Part shown: positions 1 through 12,850 of the stretch, piece by piece
Numbering within the stretch: position 1 is the stretch's first letter
Layout of the letters: each line of letters starts with the position of its first letter
Assembly: GCF_004010195.1 (NCBI RefSeq)
Contig: NC_057719.1
Span: 17,656,165-17,720,164, forward strand
Length of the DNA: 64,000 bases
Source: Chiloscyllium plagiosum
Taxonomy: Eukaryota
Direction: 5' to 3'
Translations under genes and position numbers: made by a program
The notes under the pieces: generated by a model
Told to the model about the DNA's origin: nothing
Database searches by the model: none
The model's input: only the letters and a program-made list of their open reading frames with translations

Positions 1-330
1 ATGGAATGAAGTGGAAGTAGTAGAGACTGGTACAATTACAATATTTAAAAGATATTTGGATGGGAATATGAGTAGGAAGGACTTAGAGGGAAATGGGCAA
101 AATACTAGGTTAATTTAGGATATCGGGTCTGCATGGATAAGTTGGACCAACTAATGAAGGGCTCCTGCCGGAAATGTCAATTTTCCTGCTCCTCAGATGC
201 TGCCTGACCTGCTGTGCTTTTCCAGCACCACTCTAATCTAGACTCTGATCTCCAGCATCTGCAGTCCTCACTTTTGCCGAGTTGGACCAAAGGGTCTGTT
301 TCCATGCTGTACATATCTAGACTCTCAGAT
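1..330 (+). mobile_element. CR1 LINE 3' end, interrupted by a short Penelope-derived repeat (~150-278)
   Basis: CR1 ORF2 tail (WNE...VVETGTITIFKRYLD) and 3'UTR ending ...ccatgctgtacatatcta; the insert matches the tgctgcctgacctgctgtgcttttccagcaccactc repeat seen many times in the window. Confidence 0.8.
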
Positions 331-954
331 TAGGTGGATTGGCCATTCTAAATTGCTGGAAAAGCACAGCAGGTCAGGCAGCATCCAAGGAGCAGGAAAA
401 TCGACATTTCGGGCAAAGAAGGGCTTTTGCCTGAAACGTCAATTTTTCTGCTCCTCGGATGCTGCCTGACCTGCTGCGCTTTTCCAGCACCACTCTAATC
501 TAGACTCATCTCCAGCATCTGCAGTCATCACTTTTTTGCCATTCTGAATTGCCCATAGCATTCAGGGATGTGCAGGCTAGGTGAGTTAGCCATTGGGAAT
601 ACAGGGCTACAGGGATGAGGTGGGTCTGAACGGGGTGCTCTTTGCAGGGCCATTCTGGACTCAGGGGCCGAATGGCCTGCTTCCACACTGTACGCGTTCT
701 ATGATTCACTCTGCAGAAACAGCTCATCGATATGCCCATCTGCAGTTGAATGTAGTTACTCATGGAGGTTCAGCTTCCCCCATTGTTTTGATGGACTCCC
801 TCCTTGCACTCCACACTATGGCTGGAATGTTAACTCCATTTCCCACGTCACAGATGCTGCCGGAGCTGTGGAGCATCTTTCGCTATTTTTTTTCTGGTGG
901 TTATTTCGGATTCCTAGCAGTAATTTTGCCCTGCTTTTGGAAAGGTAAAGTCAG

Positions 955-3060
955 CTAGGTATTGTGCTCTGAATTATTATGCAGGAACTCCTGCTGGCTA
1001 TGTACATGTGTGGAACAGTGTCTGTGTGGGGTCTGCCAGGTCAACAATACTTGAGCATGAATTAAGAAACTGTGTCCTAATGGGAAGAGTGTCAGTGGAA
1101 GTGACCACATGCATTATACATACATTATTTCACTATTGGAGCACAGGTCAGAGTTTGCAAAGCTGCAGCTGCATTCCCTCAGGGAATGAATATGCAAAAT
1201 GCGGCTACAACAGCCCAGAATATGCTCCAATGTGATCCTAGAGGTTATCCCAACACTTTGCCCTCAGGGGTTCACAGGGTTGCACCTAATTGGAAAGGGG
1301 CTAGTCTGGCATCAATATTCCGAAATGTAGTGTCTGAAAGGGCGATGGGAGCAGATACAAAAGGAACTTCCAAAAAGTCAGTTGAACATACACTCAGAAA
1401 GCTAATATTTACAGGGCAGAGCAAAAAAAAAAGGATCAGGGAAGTGGGTCTGCTGCGGCGAGAGGATGTCATGGGCACTGTGGGCAGAATGACCTCCTTC
1501 TGCTCTGTATCATTCCATGATCTCTGGCTAACGTCACTGTGGGCGCATCAAGTGGTTTGTGATGGCATTCCAGTTCGGAATGCACTTTTGAACATTTACT
1601 CAGCATTAGCTAAACCGAATGTCTTCGAAAATCCGGCAAGTATTCCACTATTTTGAAATCATGCCAGAGTCCAACTGGGCCCCGTTACTTTCCGATGGTC
1701 GGAGGGAGAATGCTGCCCACCAGCCCAGTGATTGGCCACACCCTGAGTGACCTCTCCCACTTTGTTGGTCTGAGGAGCTGACCCTCATGACAGGATTCTG
1801 GGGAAAAAGAAGGGAGATAGGACAAAACATGGTTCCAAACCCTATGTCGCCCTTCACCCACTCTTAATCCCGGAGCACTGGGATAAGATAACATGGCATG
1901 CTATAGATCCGCGTCTTGTCTCTGTTACAAGGTGTGATGTTTAATCCCAGGTCAACCCCACAGCATCTTGTGATTAATTTAAACCATTCAGTTGTACACT
2001 TCAACAGGTCCAAGCATCAGCACCAATCCAAACTTTCCAGGTCAGATTAGTGGAAAGACTGAGGGCAGAGCTGAAGGAAGGCTGAGGCTGACAGCAGCAA
2101 GTACAGGAAATAGCCATGAGGCAACAGGAAACTGATGAACAGGGTTACCATCTGAATGGGAGACTACTGCTACCTTCTTCTTATCTCCACCTCTCATTTC
2201 CTCCTGCTGCTCCATTGCCTCCTCTTTATCCTGTTGGGTGCCTACTCCTCCCTAAATCTTTGCTGGAATATAAAGGAATCCAAATGGCTAGAGTGCCTCA
2301 AACAGAGGGTCACTTGTTGGAAGCAAGTATCTCATTCTATTTATGTGGTGCTACCTTTTGGGTGTTGTTGGAATCTAAGTCTATGGGCAGTCAGCGCTGT
2401 CCAATGCTCCAATCAAGGGAAGGAGCATTGGCAAACAACTTCACCATAAAAGCAACACAGCCGAACCCAACACTCATCTGAGGACTGAGCTCCCATGAGG
2501 GATCCTACCCACCATCGCCACCACCAACACCCCCGACCACCCCCGCACCCGCACCCACCACCCCCATCTACTCAGGCTTTGGAGGGAGATTTGCTGAGCC
2601 AATTGTCCAGGTACTTTCCACAGAAAGTCTACGTCAATTCCCATTCAACAATCAGGAGAAATTCAGCCCTCAGTAATGTCACAAACTCATCATATCCCTC
2701 ATGAAATGGTTCTGTAGTGATCAAGAGGGACATATTGGCATTCCCTCCAAATATCTCAAAATAATGAGATTCTGCCATGGCCTTGCTCTCTCATGTTCAT
2801 GAAGACAGAGTTGGCTTTGCTTCAGTGATCTCATGTCCTAGACCTTTTATCCCAAGGCTCAGTACCACAGATGGCAGAGTATTTACGCACTAAACCACGG
2901 GGGAGTTCAGGCAACTCCTTTTCAGAAAGGAGAAACTTCTTTCCCAATGACATCATTCAAAGCATTTCATATAACACTCAATATCGTAGCTGAAGGCCAC
3001 TGGAGCATACAGCCCCCAATCTGGTGTGAACTGTTGCTCCCAGAATGGTATTTGTATTAG
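955..3060 (-). pseudogene. L: Endogenous paramyxovirus-like L polymerase fragment, copy L-C (RdRp core, about aa 545-1080)
   Basis: Collinear motifs on the minus strand: LRY*VLYEML*MMSLGKKF (2933-2992) vs MRAVQVLAETLLAKGIGELF; GYDEFVTLLRAEF..W (~2641-2697) vs GYETLSCFLTTDL..W (motif A); MRGGDKKKVAVVS (2159-2197) vs MVQGDNQAIAVTS (motif C); RIY..IILSQC (~1875-1911) vs RIYYDGKILPQC; RNI (~1320); GHFH*HSSH*D (~1075-1106) vs GLFHDDSKEED. Confidence 0.75.
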
Positions 3061-3469
3061 AGGACCATAATGCTGCTCTTTCATTAGAGAGAGAGAGAGA
3101 CAGAGCAAGAGAGAGAGCAAGCGCCTGATGGTGGTTTAACTTGAGGGTCACTACACCTCAGCAGAGGGGATGGGTTGTGAAGGTAAGAACCTCATTGTAA
3201 CCTCAGCTGGTGCAGTAATTGAACCCATGGAGTTGGCATTGTCCTGCATTGCAAACCAGCTGTTCAATTACCATGAATGCCCTGCATTCTCAACCTCACT
3301 ACCTGCCTGAGGCATGGTGGCCCTCAGGTTAAACTCACCACAGTCATCTCCCACATTTTTGCTCTCGATCTCATTCTCTCTCTCTCTAGAGAGAGAGAGA
3401 GAGAGCAGACCTATGACCATCTGAAAGTATAATGACTTTACTTATTTTATTTGTACCTACTGAGGCAAT

Positions 3470-4000
3470 ATTTATAATCAAACACGGAAATTGCTGGAAA
3501 AGCTCAGCAGGTCTGGCAGCATCTGTAAAGAGAAATCAGAGTTCATGTTTCCAGTCTTGTGACCCTTCCACAGAACAATTCCGAGGAAGGGTCACCAGGT
3601 CCGAAATGTTAACTCTGGATGTAAATTTGCTCGCTGAGCTGGAAGGTTAATTTTCAGACGTTTCATCACTGTACTAGGTAACATCATCAGTGAGCCTCTG
3701 ATGAAGCACTGTTGTTATGACCAGCTTTCTGTTTGTGTTTATATAGAGAAAGCGGGTCATAACAACAGTGCTTCACCAGAGGCTCACTGATGATGTTACC
3801 TGGTATGGTGACGAAACGTCTGAAAACAAATCTTCCAGCTCAGCGAGTAAACTTACATTCAGAACCTCAACCTGAGCTCCAAATCTTCCAAAAATGTTAA
3901 TTCTGATTTCTCTTCGCAGATGCTGCCAAACCTGCTAAGCTTTTCCAGCAATTTTTGTGCTTGTTTCAGATTTACAGCATCCACAGTTCTTTTGGTTTCT
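3470..4000. mobile_element. Nested short Penelope-derived/inverted-repeat elements
   Basis: Flanks gaaattgctggaaaagctcagcaggtctggcagcatctg and its reverse complement; an internal palindromic element at ~3620-3890. Confidence 0.6.
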
Positions 4001-6130
4001 ATGAGGCAAAACGTATGTCAGTTCCCACAACATAAAACTACATATGGGTAAAATAGTATGAAAACATTCATTAGACAGCTCCTGATACATACACACATTA
4101 CAATCATGGGCACTTCAATGTTTGGGTTGATATTGAGCTTTTCGTTTATAAACTGGACATGGTTCTATCAGCGTGTCATGTTTCAAGTGGCCCCAGTTAA
4201 GGTGGTGTCTGAGACCGTACAACCTTTGGATCATGATCTAACGATATCATGAGCATGTCTTTTGCAGGTATAGTCCATACTAACTACGGGACATGATAGG
4301 ACAGTATTGTAAAAGGGCTGCTTGAATTACTTTAATGTACTGGTGAATGTTTATGGGCAATGTGCTGCTACAGGATTGCAGCTTGGTCAAGAACTGTTAT
4401 CTTGTTGAAAAATGTTCAATAAACAGCATGATTAAACTTTAATAAGAAAAATTGATTACAGGCCATTGTTTACTACTGCACTCTGTAGTGCAGGCGTGTG
4501 ATGTACAGTTTTATAATCTAGCAATTTGAGCAGTGATTTCCAACCCTGGGGTGTTGATTACTGGCCTGAGAAAAGAGTATTTCTGCTATAATGCCTATTG
4601 TTGACATTTTTACTGCTCTGACAGCACTATTTTATAGTTTACAGCGCACTAACTGCAATGTTTTTGATGCTGCCAGCTTTTCTCTTGTCGGACTATACCC
4701 TAGTTACACGGTGCGTTGGAAACTGAAGTGGCTCTTAATTATGACAGAACTCCAGCAATTATGCCTGTCACCCCCCTCGGACTCCTGCAGACAGTAGTTA
4801 GAGATCAAACTCAGTCTAATGTGCTTCCAAATGGCTTCCAGAACCTGCATTGCCCAAACAAATATAGTGAGAATCTAATTGCCTCCTGGTTTTTCCACCT
4901 GTTTAATGGTGGCCTTTGGGTTAGCTTTGTCTTGCTTTGTTCCCGGCTTACATCTCCCAGATGTAGCAAAAGAAATGTATTCACTCCAAGGTGCCAACTT
5001 GTGCCAGCTGTTCAGGCTGGGTGACATTCTCACCAGCCGTCTTCCCTCCTTCCCCAGACTGTCAGAAGGTCTCCAGACCTTCCCTGCATAAAATGGTTGA
5101 GATGTCTCCTTGTCATAGCTCCCTCCATGGTCCACACCCTACCTCTGTATTCTCCCCAGGGTCCACAACCCACTGAGAGCTCTGCGATCCTCTGCTCTTG
5201 CACCATTCCTCACATTGTTTGGTCCCGCAAAGGTAGCCCTACCTTCAGCTAGCTTAACCCCGAGCTCTGGAATTCCTTCCGGAAGATTCTTCTTCCCTCT
5301 GCACCACCAACCTACTTTGAAGCACACCTTAAAACCCACCATGTGTTCGATCACCCAAGCCAATACTGTCTTATGTGGCTGGCTGTCAGAATTTTGGTTA
5401 CGCCCCTGTGAAGAGGCAAAGGGTGGGTTTTATTGCAATTCACGTGATAAGCAAATGCAAGATATTGTTGTTGTGATCAGAACTCCATCGTATAGGGGGG
5501 CGGGGGGGGGGGCGGGTGGGGGTGGAGAGATGTGACGTTCATTCCCCTTGTGCAAATTGGCTGGATTCAGGAAGGGATAGCGATCCAATCCTCTCCCTAA
5601 TCACGACCTGGATGTGAAAATGAGAATTTGCCCCACAGCCATCACCACCTTTCCTCAGAAGTCAAAATTGGTGTGAACTGAAAACTGGAGCACAAACATG
5701 GACAACTGTGTTTAATGTACAACTGCTTTGTGCAATTGGCTCCAAGACAAATTATGGAAATTAAGAGGCAAGATTAAATTTACTCAACATAACATCAAGA
5801 AATGTATAATTCAAAACCTGTAGAGCTGGAGGTGTAGGGTTCATCTCAATTTCCTGTTTGTGGGGTGGTATGAGTTGCAACCAAAAAGTCCCACTCTTTG
5901 ATGCACTCCTAGACTGTGCTAAAATCTACCCACCGAGTAACTTGCATCCCTCACTACAAGAACGTGGTCCAAGATGTCAGATTGTGAAAGATCCCAGACA
6001 GTGTCGGGCCCATTCAGCCCAACCGCCCAACCCCACAGACATTCTGTCCAGCAGGGGCTGGTTGACCAGAAGCTGAGGCCTAGGTGTCCAAGTCTCTCAA
6101 AAGGGTCAGGAATGTTTGGCTTTGAGCACA
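4000..6130 (-). pseudogene. F: Endogenous paramyxovirus-like fusion (F) gene, copy F3; interrupted by repeats at ~5000-5630
   Basis: WDLSQ..ASYSV (~5931-6000) vs WGNLSK..ASYKV; F*GKVVMAVG (~5635-5665) vs the fusion peptide FAGVVLAG; VLEAIWKHIRLSLI vs VLTALQDYINTNLV; SKTLQ vs SLTLQ; SYHVP*LVW vs SYNIDGEEW; TLKCP (4107-4121) vs TEKCP; RFA near 4005. Confidence 0.65.
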
Positions 6131-6154
6131 GGCTTCTGTCCCCTCCAGATACAG

Positions 6155-7660
6155 TCATAGAGATGTACAGCACGGAAACAGACCATTCGGTCTAACCCAT
6201 CCATGCCGACCAGCTATCCCAACCCAATCTAGTCCCAACTGACAGTACCTGGCCCATATTCCTCCAAACCCTTCCTATTCATATACCAATTAAAATGCCC
6301 TTTAAATGTTGCAATTGTACCCACCTCCACCACTTCCTCTGGCAGTTCATTCCATACACGTACCACCCTCTGCATGAAATGGTTGCTCCTTAGGTCTCTT
6401 TTATATCTTTCTTCTTTCACCCTAAATCTATGCCCTCTCGTTCTGGACTCCCCCAGCCCAGGGAAAAGACTTTGTCTATTTACCTTATAATTTATAAACA
6501 TCTATAAGGTCACCCCTCAAGCTCTGATGTTCCAGGGAAAACAGCCCCAGCCTGTTCAGTCTCTCCCTATAGCTCAAATCCTCCAACCCTGACAACACCC
6601 TTGTAAATCTTTTCTGAACTCTTCCAAGTTTCACTACACCTTTCCAATAGGAAGTAAGTGTATAAGTCCTGCTAAGATTTGCTTTCCCAAAATGCAGCAC
6701 CTCGCATTTATCTGAATTAAACTCCATCTGCAACTTCTCAGCCCATTGGCCCATCTGGTCCAGATCGTGTTATAATCTGAGGTAACCTTCTTTGCTGTCC
6801 ACTACACCTCCAATTTTGGTTCGGAGGGTTATGGGCCGGGTGCTGGCAGGTGGGTCTAGATTCGGTTGGGGTATCTGGTCGGCATGGACAGGCTGGACCA
6901 AAGGGTTTGTTTCCATGCTGTACATCTATATGATTCTATGACTCTAAGATCCTATTGTAATCTGAGATAACCTTCTTCGCTGTCCACCGCACCTCCAATT
7001 TTGGCGTCATCTGCAAACTTACTAACTATGCTCACATCCAAATCATTCATGTAAATGACAAAAAGTAGAGGACCCAGCACCGATCCTTGTTTTACTCCAC
7101 TGGTCACAGGCCTCCAGTCTGAGGAACAACCCTCTACCACCACCCTCTGTCTTCTGCCTTTGAGCCAGTTCTGTATCCAAATGGCTAGTTCTCCCTGTAT
7201 TCCATGAGATCTAACCTTGCTAAGTCTCCCATAAGGAACCTTGTCGAACGCCTTGCTGACGTCCATATAGATCACATCTACCACTCTGCCCTCAACAATC
7301 CTCTTTGTTATTTCTTCAAATAAAATTCAATCAAGTTTGTGAGACATGATTTCCCACGCACAAAGCCATATTGACTATCCCTAATCAGTCCTTGCCTTTC
7401 CAAATACATGTACATCCTGTACCTCAGGATTCCCTCCAACAACTTGCCCACCACCGATTTCAGGCTCACTGGTCTATTGTTCCCTGGCTTGTCCTTACCG
7501 CCCTTCTTAAACAGAGGCACCACATTAGCTCACCTCCAGGCTTCCAGCACCTCACCTGTGACTATCGATGATACATGTATCTCAGCAAGAGGCCCAGCAA
7601 TCACTTCCCTAGCTTCCCACAGAGCTCTAGGGTACACCTGATCAGGTCTTAGGGATTTAT
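6155..7660 (-). mobile_element. CR1 LINE, 5'-truncated RT region to 3' end
   Basis: ORF-track pieces: [50 protein letters not shown]. Confidence 0.95.
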
Positions 7661-7699
7661 CTGCCTCCAGTGTCACCCCTGCACCAACTCCAAGACTGA

Positions 7700-9010
7700 G
7701 GTACAAAGACTTGGGTCATCTCCAGGTCACTCAAATTCGCAGCAACCTGTTGCCAGCAATCACAAAATGTTGAAGCTTCTGAATCACTTCTGCTCCTGGA
7801 AGTCACTGGCCACACTGGTGGTAGAGGTTCCTTTTGATAGGCTTTGCCCTCGCCAGCTCAAGTTCAGTCCTGGGAATCCCACCTGAGAGTCCATCTCCAA
7901 TGACCCCAAGCATTTGTCCCCCCTCCCTGTCCTGAGTAAGGCTAGTGGGTTAGTGATGGGGTAGAGTTTCTGGGTGTAAGTGGAATTCTCACCCTGCGGC
8001 CATATCACAGCAAATAGGAAAATCCCTTCCCAGCATTCGGAAGTCCATGAGGTCCAAACCAGAAATCATGAACAAAATAATGACAAAGTAAAGCAGAAGC
8101 TCGCCAGGAGAGAAGTCTAAAAAAGTGGAAACTGTAGCTTTCAATAACTAAATGGTTTTGTGTTTGAGTCTGAGAACTGATCACTACTCCTTGTACTTGA
8201 TTCAGTAAGCCTGGGATTGAACTCAGAGTAAACAAACATGACCATAGCTCATCTTTAATTTTGCGCAAGATGTGAGCATCACTGGCAATGACGGCATTTA
8301 CTGCCTATCCTTAATTGGCCCAGAATTGATTCATTTCCTGAAGCCATTGGTCTAGAGTCACATGCAGACCAGACGAGTCGAGGAAGGCAAATTTCATTCC
8401 GTAAAAGACATTAGAATTTTTTTCAATTATGGTGATTTAAAGCTAGCTTTTTAATTCCTGACTATATCAAATTCAGTTTCACCATCTGCATTATAGGATT
8501 CCCACGGGCCCAGAACATTTACCTGGGACTCTGGCACAATGGCATTCCCACAACGTAACTACTACCCCACAAGTGACTAGAAGTTGAACAAAAACAGAAA
8601 TTGCTGGGAAAACCCAACGGGTCTGGGCAAAACGTTAACTCTGCTTTCTCTCTGCAGATGTTGCCAGACCTGTTGAGTTTCTCCAACAATTTCTGTTTTT
8701 GTTTCTGATTTCCAGCATCTGCAGTTCTTTGGTTTCTCGTCTAGAAATTGAGTTGTAAGAACGTGTGTCACCGTTTTGCTGAGGTACTGTAAAACTTGTG
8801 CAAATAAATACATTGCACACTCATAAGCTTGTGCATTGCAACACAGACAGAAATTGAAGGTTATTACAGGTAAGGCAAAGCCACACAAATCTAATGGCTT
8901 GGACCTGCAATAAAACAGCACATCATTGTAATTGAAAGTACTTGGTTGATAGCCAACTCGTCTGTACCAGTGCTACTTTAAAATAATGTTTTGCACTGCA
9001 CAGACTTGAT
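7700..9010 (-). pseudogene. M: Endogenous paramyxovirus-like matrix (M) gene, copy M7; SINE insertions at ~8270-8740
   Basis: NDVLFYCRSKPLDL vs NEKLVFYNNTPLTL; YLSKT vs YMSIT; YFVH..GL..GKGFS..Y vs FMVHLGL..GKIYS..Y; MDSQVGF vs LHAQLGF; RLLRI* vs KIVRIQ. Confidence 0.6.
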
Positions 9011-9239
9011 AGAGGCTGGTATCTTGTCATCAAGTCACCCTTGATTTACATATAGAGAGTCCCTGACAATGATCCAGCCCCCTCAGCCTCCTCACAGTGA
9101 GCAGAACCCCTGACACTCCTGTTCTTACCTGTCAGCTAAGGTTCCCTGATTGGGGCTGTTAATCCGATCTGATCAGGGAACTCCTGTTCTATGAGGTCCA
9201 CCTGCCCGACCCCATTACAATCACTAAAGGTCAGAGATT

Positions 9240-9680
9240 ATATTCTTTCACAGCCAATGGTTAGCAGTTAGCTCTCTCACAGTTCAGTCGGAGAGAGACA
9301 AGCACAAACTCTCGACTGTCCCTCCAGTGCAGCAAGGTAACAGTGTTGATTCTGTTTTGTTGTTGTTTTGTCTTTGGATGAGACATTTAAGTCAGACCCC
9401 ATCTCAGATGGAATAAAGGGTTCCTCAGTACTATTTGGAGAAGAAGAGATCATCTTGGTGTCTTGGTTTACATTTATCCTTCTATCGACAGGTTAAAAAA
9501 ACTGACTATTTGTCTATTGCCATATTATTTGTCAGAGGTTGCTATGTGCAAATTAGCTGCCGTCACTTATATTATACAGTTAGCACACTTCACTTCTAAA
9601 GCACTTAATTGATTGTAAAGTGTTTTGGGACATAGTTAGACCATGAGAGGTGCTATATAAATGCGCATTATTCCTTTTCT
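9240..9680 (+). mobile_element. Ancient Deu-domain-like SINE
   Basis: Degenerate match to the family also seen at 17795-18350 and 21950-22260 (gtctttggatgagac...ctattt..gaaga...gctgtgtgcaaattggctgcc...gtgctatataaatgc). Confidence 0.65.
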
Positions 9681-9724
9681 TATACCTCATAGATACTGAT
9701 CCAGCAGAAAGGAGTGCCTGACTG

Positions 9725-10120
9725 TCACAGAATCACAGAGGTGTTGCAGTGCAGAAGGAAGCCATTTGGCCCATCATATCTGCTCTGGCCCTCCACATGA
9801 ACATCATGATTTACTGTTGTTCTCCTGCTGTCATTTCCCTACACTCTGTAACCTTGCCCATTGGTTCTCTTTCAATAATCATCCAATGCCTCAATTAAAC
9901 GTTCCTCCATCAATCGAACCTGCTTCTATTGATGCCCCATAATTCTCGGCAGTACACTCCAGCCCCAGAACCACTCGCCATTTGAAAAAGTCTTTTCTTC
10001 TCACCTCGCATTTTCTTCCTTTGCAGAACACTCTCAAACTGTGCCCTTTCACTCTTCAGCCTTTCCCAAGTGGCAACAGTTTCTCCCTAGCCACTCTATC
10101 AAGCCTTCTCATGATTTTGA
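9725..10120 (-). mobile_element. CR1 LINE 3' fragment
   Basis: CR1 tail (cacagaatcacaga...gaagccatttggccc) and ORF2 end (ttctcatgattttga). Confidence 0.7.
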
Positions 10121-12850
10121 AGAGAGAAAGCAATGCTATATGAATGCATTGGGCTTTACCTGACATGGTCCATGTAACCATGTATCCACATGTCTGCTGA
10201 CAGAACCGGTCATTCATCATAACTATTTCTCTAGTCCTGCAAAGCTATTAATGCTTCGATCAGCGTGTGTGGAAAACACAAAGCCAAATGTTAGTCATTT
10301 TGGAGGATTACAGTCTTTTGCTGAGCTTGTGATACATTAAGTGATGTGGTGCAATCTCCTAGCTCAACTAATAAATGAAAACATGAATGTTGTGGTCAAA
10401 CTGATCCTCTATTTTGAAATATACAAGACAAATCAGACTAGTTGATTTCATTCACCAGTTTTATTGGGGTTTTGTTTGTTTTTTAAGATATTGTGCAACC
10501 TGGAGGGGGTGTGGCCTAGTTTCACTGTATCCAGGAGTAATCCCCATTCTCCAGATTCTCTGCACCATTGATCCCAACCAGTGAGAATCAAGCACTTTGG
10601 AGGAATCAGGAAGGTGGAAATCCCACAACGGACTGCTGGCCACGTGTGAGACCAAGTTGTGAAAGGAAAACTCCGGTGAAGAATTCACTGAAAACCACCA
10701 CACTGGCATGGCTGGATGTAGAATGGAATGGATACCACCAAGTGTTCAAAATGTAGCTATATCCTAAAGCCTTAACTTGGATGGTTACATCAAAAGCTAA
10801 AAGTGACAATTCAGTCGATTTAAAAATGAGGTGGTGGTTTGAAATGTTAGACTTCTTCCTGCCTTACCAGCACCCACATACTGCCATTATGCTGGTTCCA
10901 TAGCTCCAAACATCAGGCCATCTCCCAGAAGCAGGTTAACAGAGGGACAAGCAGTGGGTGGCCAGTTGACTTTGTCAGCGGCCACTTACGCCGATTGTCA
11001 GAGGCCAGCTGGGATCAAGAACCCCAAGGTATTGGGAGAAGGGGCAGCTACCTTGCTACAAACACTCACCAGTTCCCACAATCCTCCCCCAGGTCTCACA
11101 ACCAACATCACTACAATGGTGCTATGGCAACTGGATCTATTTCTAGTTTGAAAATGCTGGAGAGAAGGCTTTCTGCTTTCCCTTTTGAGGAGCCCTCTTC
11201 CTCAGTTACCTTCAAGGGCATTCTGCTGCTTTTCCAAACTGCAGAGTTTCCTGATGACTTTTTCCTGCCTTACCAGCACCCACATTCATTGAAAGGGACA
11301 CCCAATCTCTGGCCATTCATTGTCCAGATCAGGGATAGTAACAGATTTAATTCCCACTCAGTGCAGGGTTCTGACCCCCATCACAGCCTGATAAGGTTGT
11401 CGAGTCAAACAGCATGGAAACAGATCCTATGGCCCAACTCATCCATGCTGACCAAGTTTCCCAAACTAAACTAGCCCCACTTGCCTGCATTTGGCCCATA
11501 TCCCTCTAAACCTTTCCTATTCATGTCTCTGTCCAAATGTCTTTTAAATGTTGTAACTGTACCTGCATCTATCACTTCCTTAAGCAGTTCATTCCATCTA
11601 TGAACCACCCTCTGTGTGAAAAGGTTGCCCCTCAGTTGCCTTTTAAATCTTTCTCCTCTCACCTTAAAAACATGCCCCCTCATTTTGACAAAACACCTTT
11701 GCTTTTCTCCGCCCCTCTTGATTTTATAAACCTTATAAGGCTCCAGTGAAAGTAGTCCCAGACTTTCCTTATAACTCAAACCCTCCAATAGTCTGGAGAC
11801 AGGTTCAAATCCGCCCCACAGCATGTTTTGAATTTGACAGTAAGATAACCACTGTTGTAAAAAACCCATCTGGTTTACCAATTTTCCCTCACAGAAGGAA
11901 ATCTGCTATCCTTACCTGGTCTGGCCTACATGTGACTTCGAACCCATAGCAAAGTGTTTGATTCTTAACTGTTGTCTGGGTAATAAATGCTGGCTGAGAA
12001 CAGAAAAACATCAGATTCACTCATGTCCTTTTGGGGAGCAAAGCTGCTGTTGCAATGGTCCACATGTGGCTCTAAGCTCATTGCTCTTAACCACTTTCCA
12101 AAATAGCCCAGCAAAACCATCTGTTAAAGGACAGCTAGAAATGGGTAACAAAAGCTCCCCTTCCCGTGATGTTCATCCTGCTTTTTGACATTGGATCAAA
12201 CCTGTACCCATCAGGAATCCAATCAAACATGCTATCTTTCATTAAGTTGACTCCAGATTCATATTGTTCATTTTCCCATCATTGTTAATAGCCACTGGTG
12301 GATCAGACCAAGGCACAAAAGTTGCAAAGTGATTTTAAAATTTTGATGTTACTAGGATGTGAGGGCCAGGCAGGACTGCACACAGAATAAATGAAACCTG
12401 TGACACTAATTTAGATTTTCAATTCTTCAAGTAATCAATTAGTATTCATTCCAAAATTGTTGACAAAAGACCTGAACTGAAAACTTGCCTCAAAGGTAGT
12501 GATTTATTTTTGTGTGTAATGAAATACTAACTTTCTTATTTTGTCTTTGTTGATAGGAGTGCTAGGGAGCTCTGTAGCTGGCTCCAATTCAATGTCTTTT
12601 GACACAGGAAAGGGTTCAAAAATATGCCAAAGGAAACAACAGACTACACTGGATTTTAACTCACTCCCTCGCTCCTAATTAATATTTACAGTAATGGATT
12701 GGGTTTAAAATAAATTCTCCAAAGACCTGACTGGAGCAGAGATAAGAAAAGAAAGGATAAAATAATAAAGGATGAGGCTGATATATCACTGCTCTGACAT
12801 TAATCTGACAATGCATTTTAATATTTAGCATTTTTGAAAACCATGCCTAA
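10110..12850 (-). pseudogene. HN: Endogenous paramyxovirus-like attachment glycoprotein (HN/H/G family) gene; TE insertions at ~10880-11255 and ~11395-12185
   Basis: Type II anchor FIILSFLFLSLLQSGL (~12720-12770); stalk LQSSLALLSTKT (12542-12577) vs NDV LESPLALLNTET; VLPGPHILVTS (~12345-12376) vs LLPGPSLLSGS; DWVSLSMNVGAG..SLTF vs F/WxALYPSVGNG..SLIF; WLGSMVQRIWRMG (~10541-10580) vs YLGAEGRLLKLG; GKAQCIHI (10137-10160) vs GKGYCFHI. Confidence 0.8.
11395..12185. mobile_element. CR1 3' fragment (minus strand, 11395-11790) plus adjacent SINE remnants
   Basis: ORF 11471-11881: RGHVFKVRGERFK..FTQRVVHRWNEL..FKRHLD; SINE-like ggttcaaatcc and ggaaatctgct..ccttacctggtctggcctacatgtgac. Confidence 0.85.

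Noticed and set aside
150..530. Closely spaced direct and inverted copies of a ~130-bp repeat, superficially array-like
   Set aside because: A dispersed Penelope-derived short repeat found throughout the window; not a CRISPR or regular array.
9254..9336. Small AG...GT-bounded open exon candidate
   Set aside because: It matches the head of the ancient SINE family.
12525..12678. Perfect-looking branch point (tactaac), pyrimidine tract and AG followed by a 40-codon frame, suggesting a host terminal exon
   Set aside because: It is the antisense of the HN stalk motif (LQSSLALLSTKT), and no partner exons were found.
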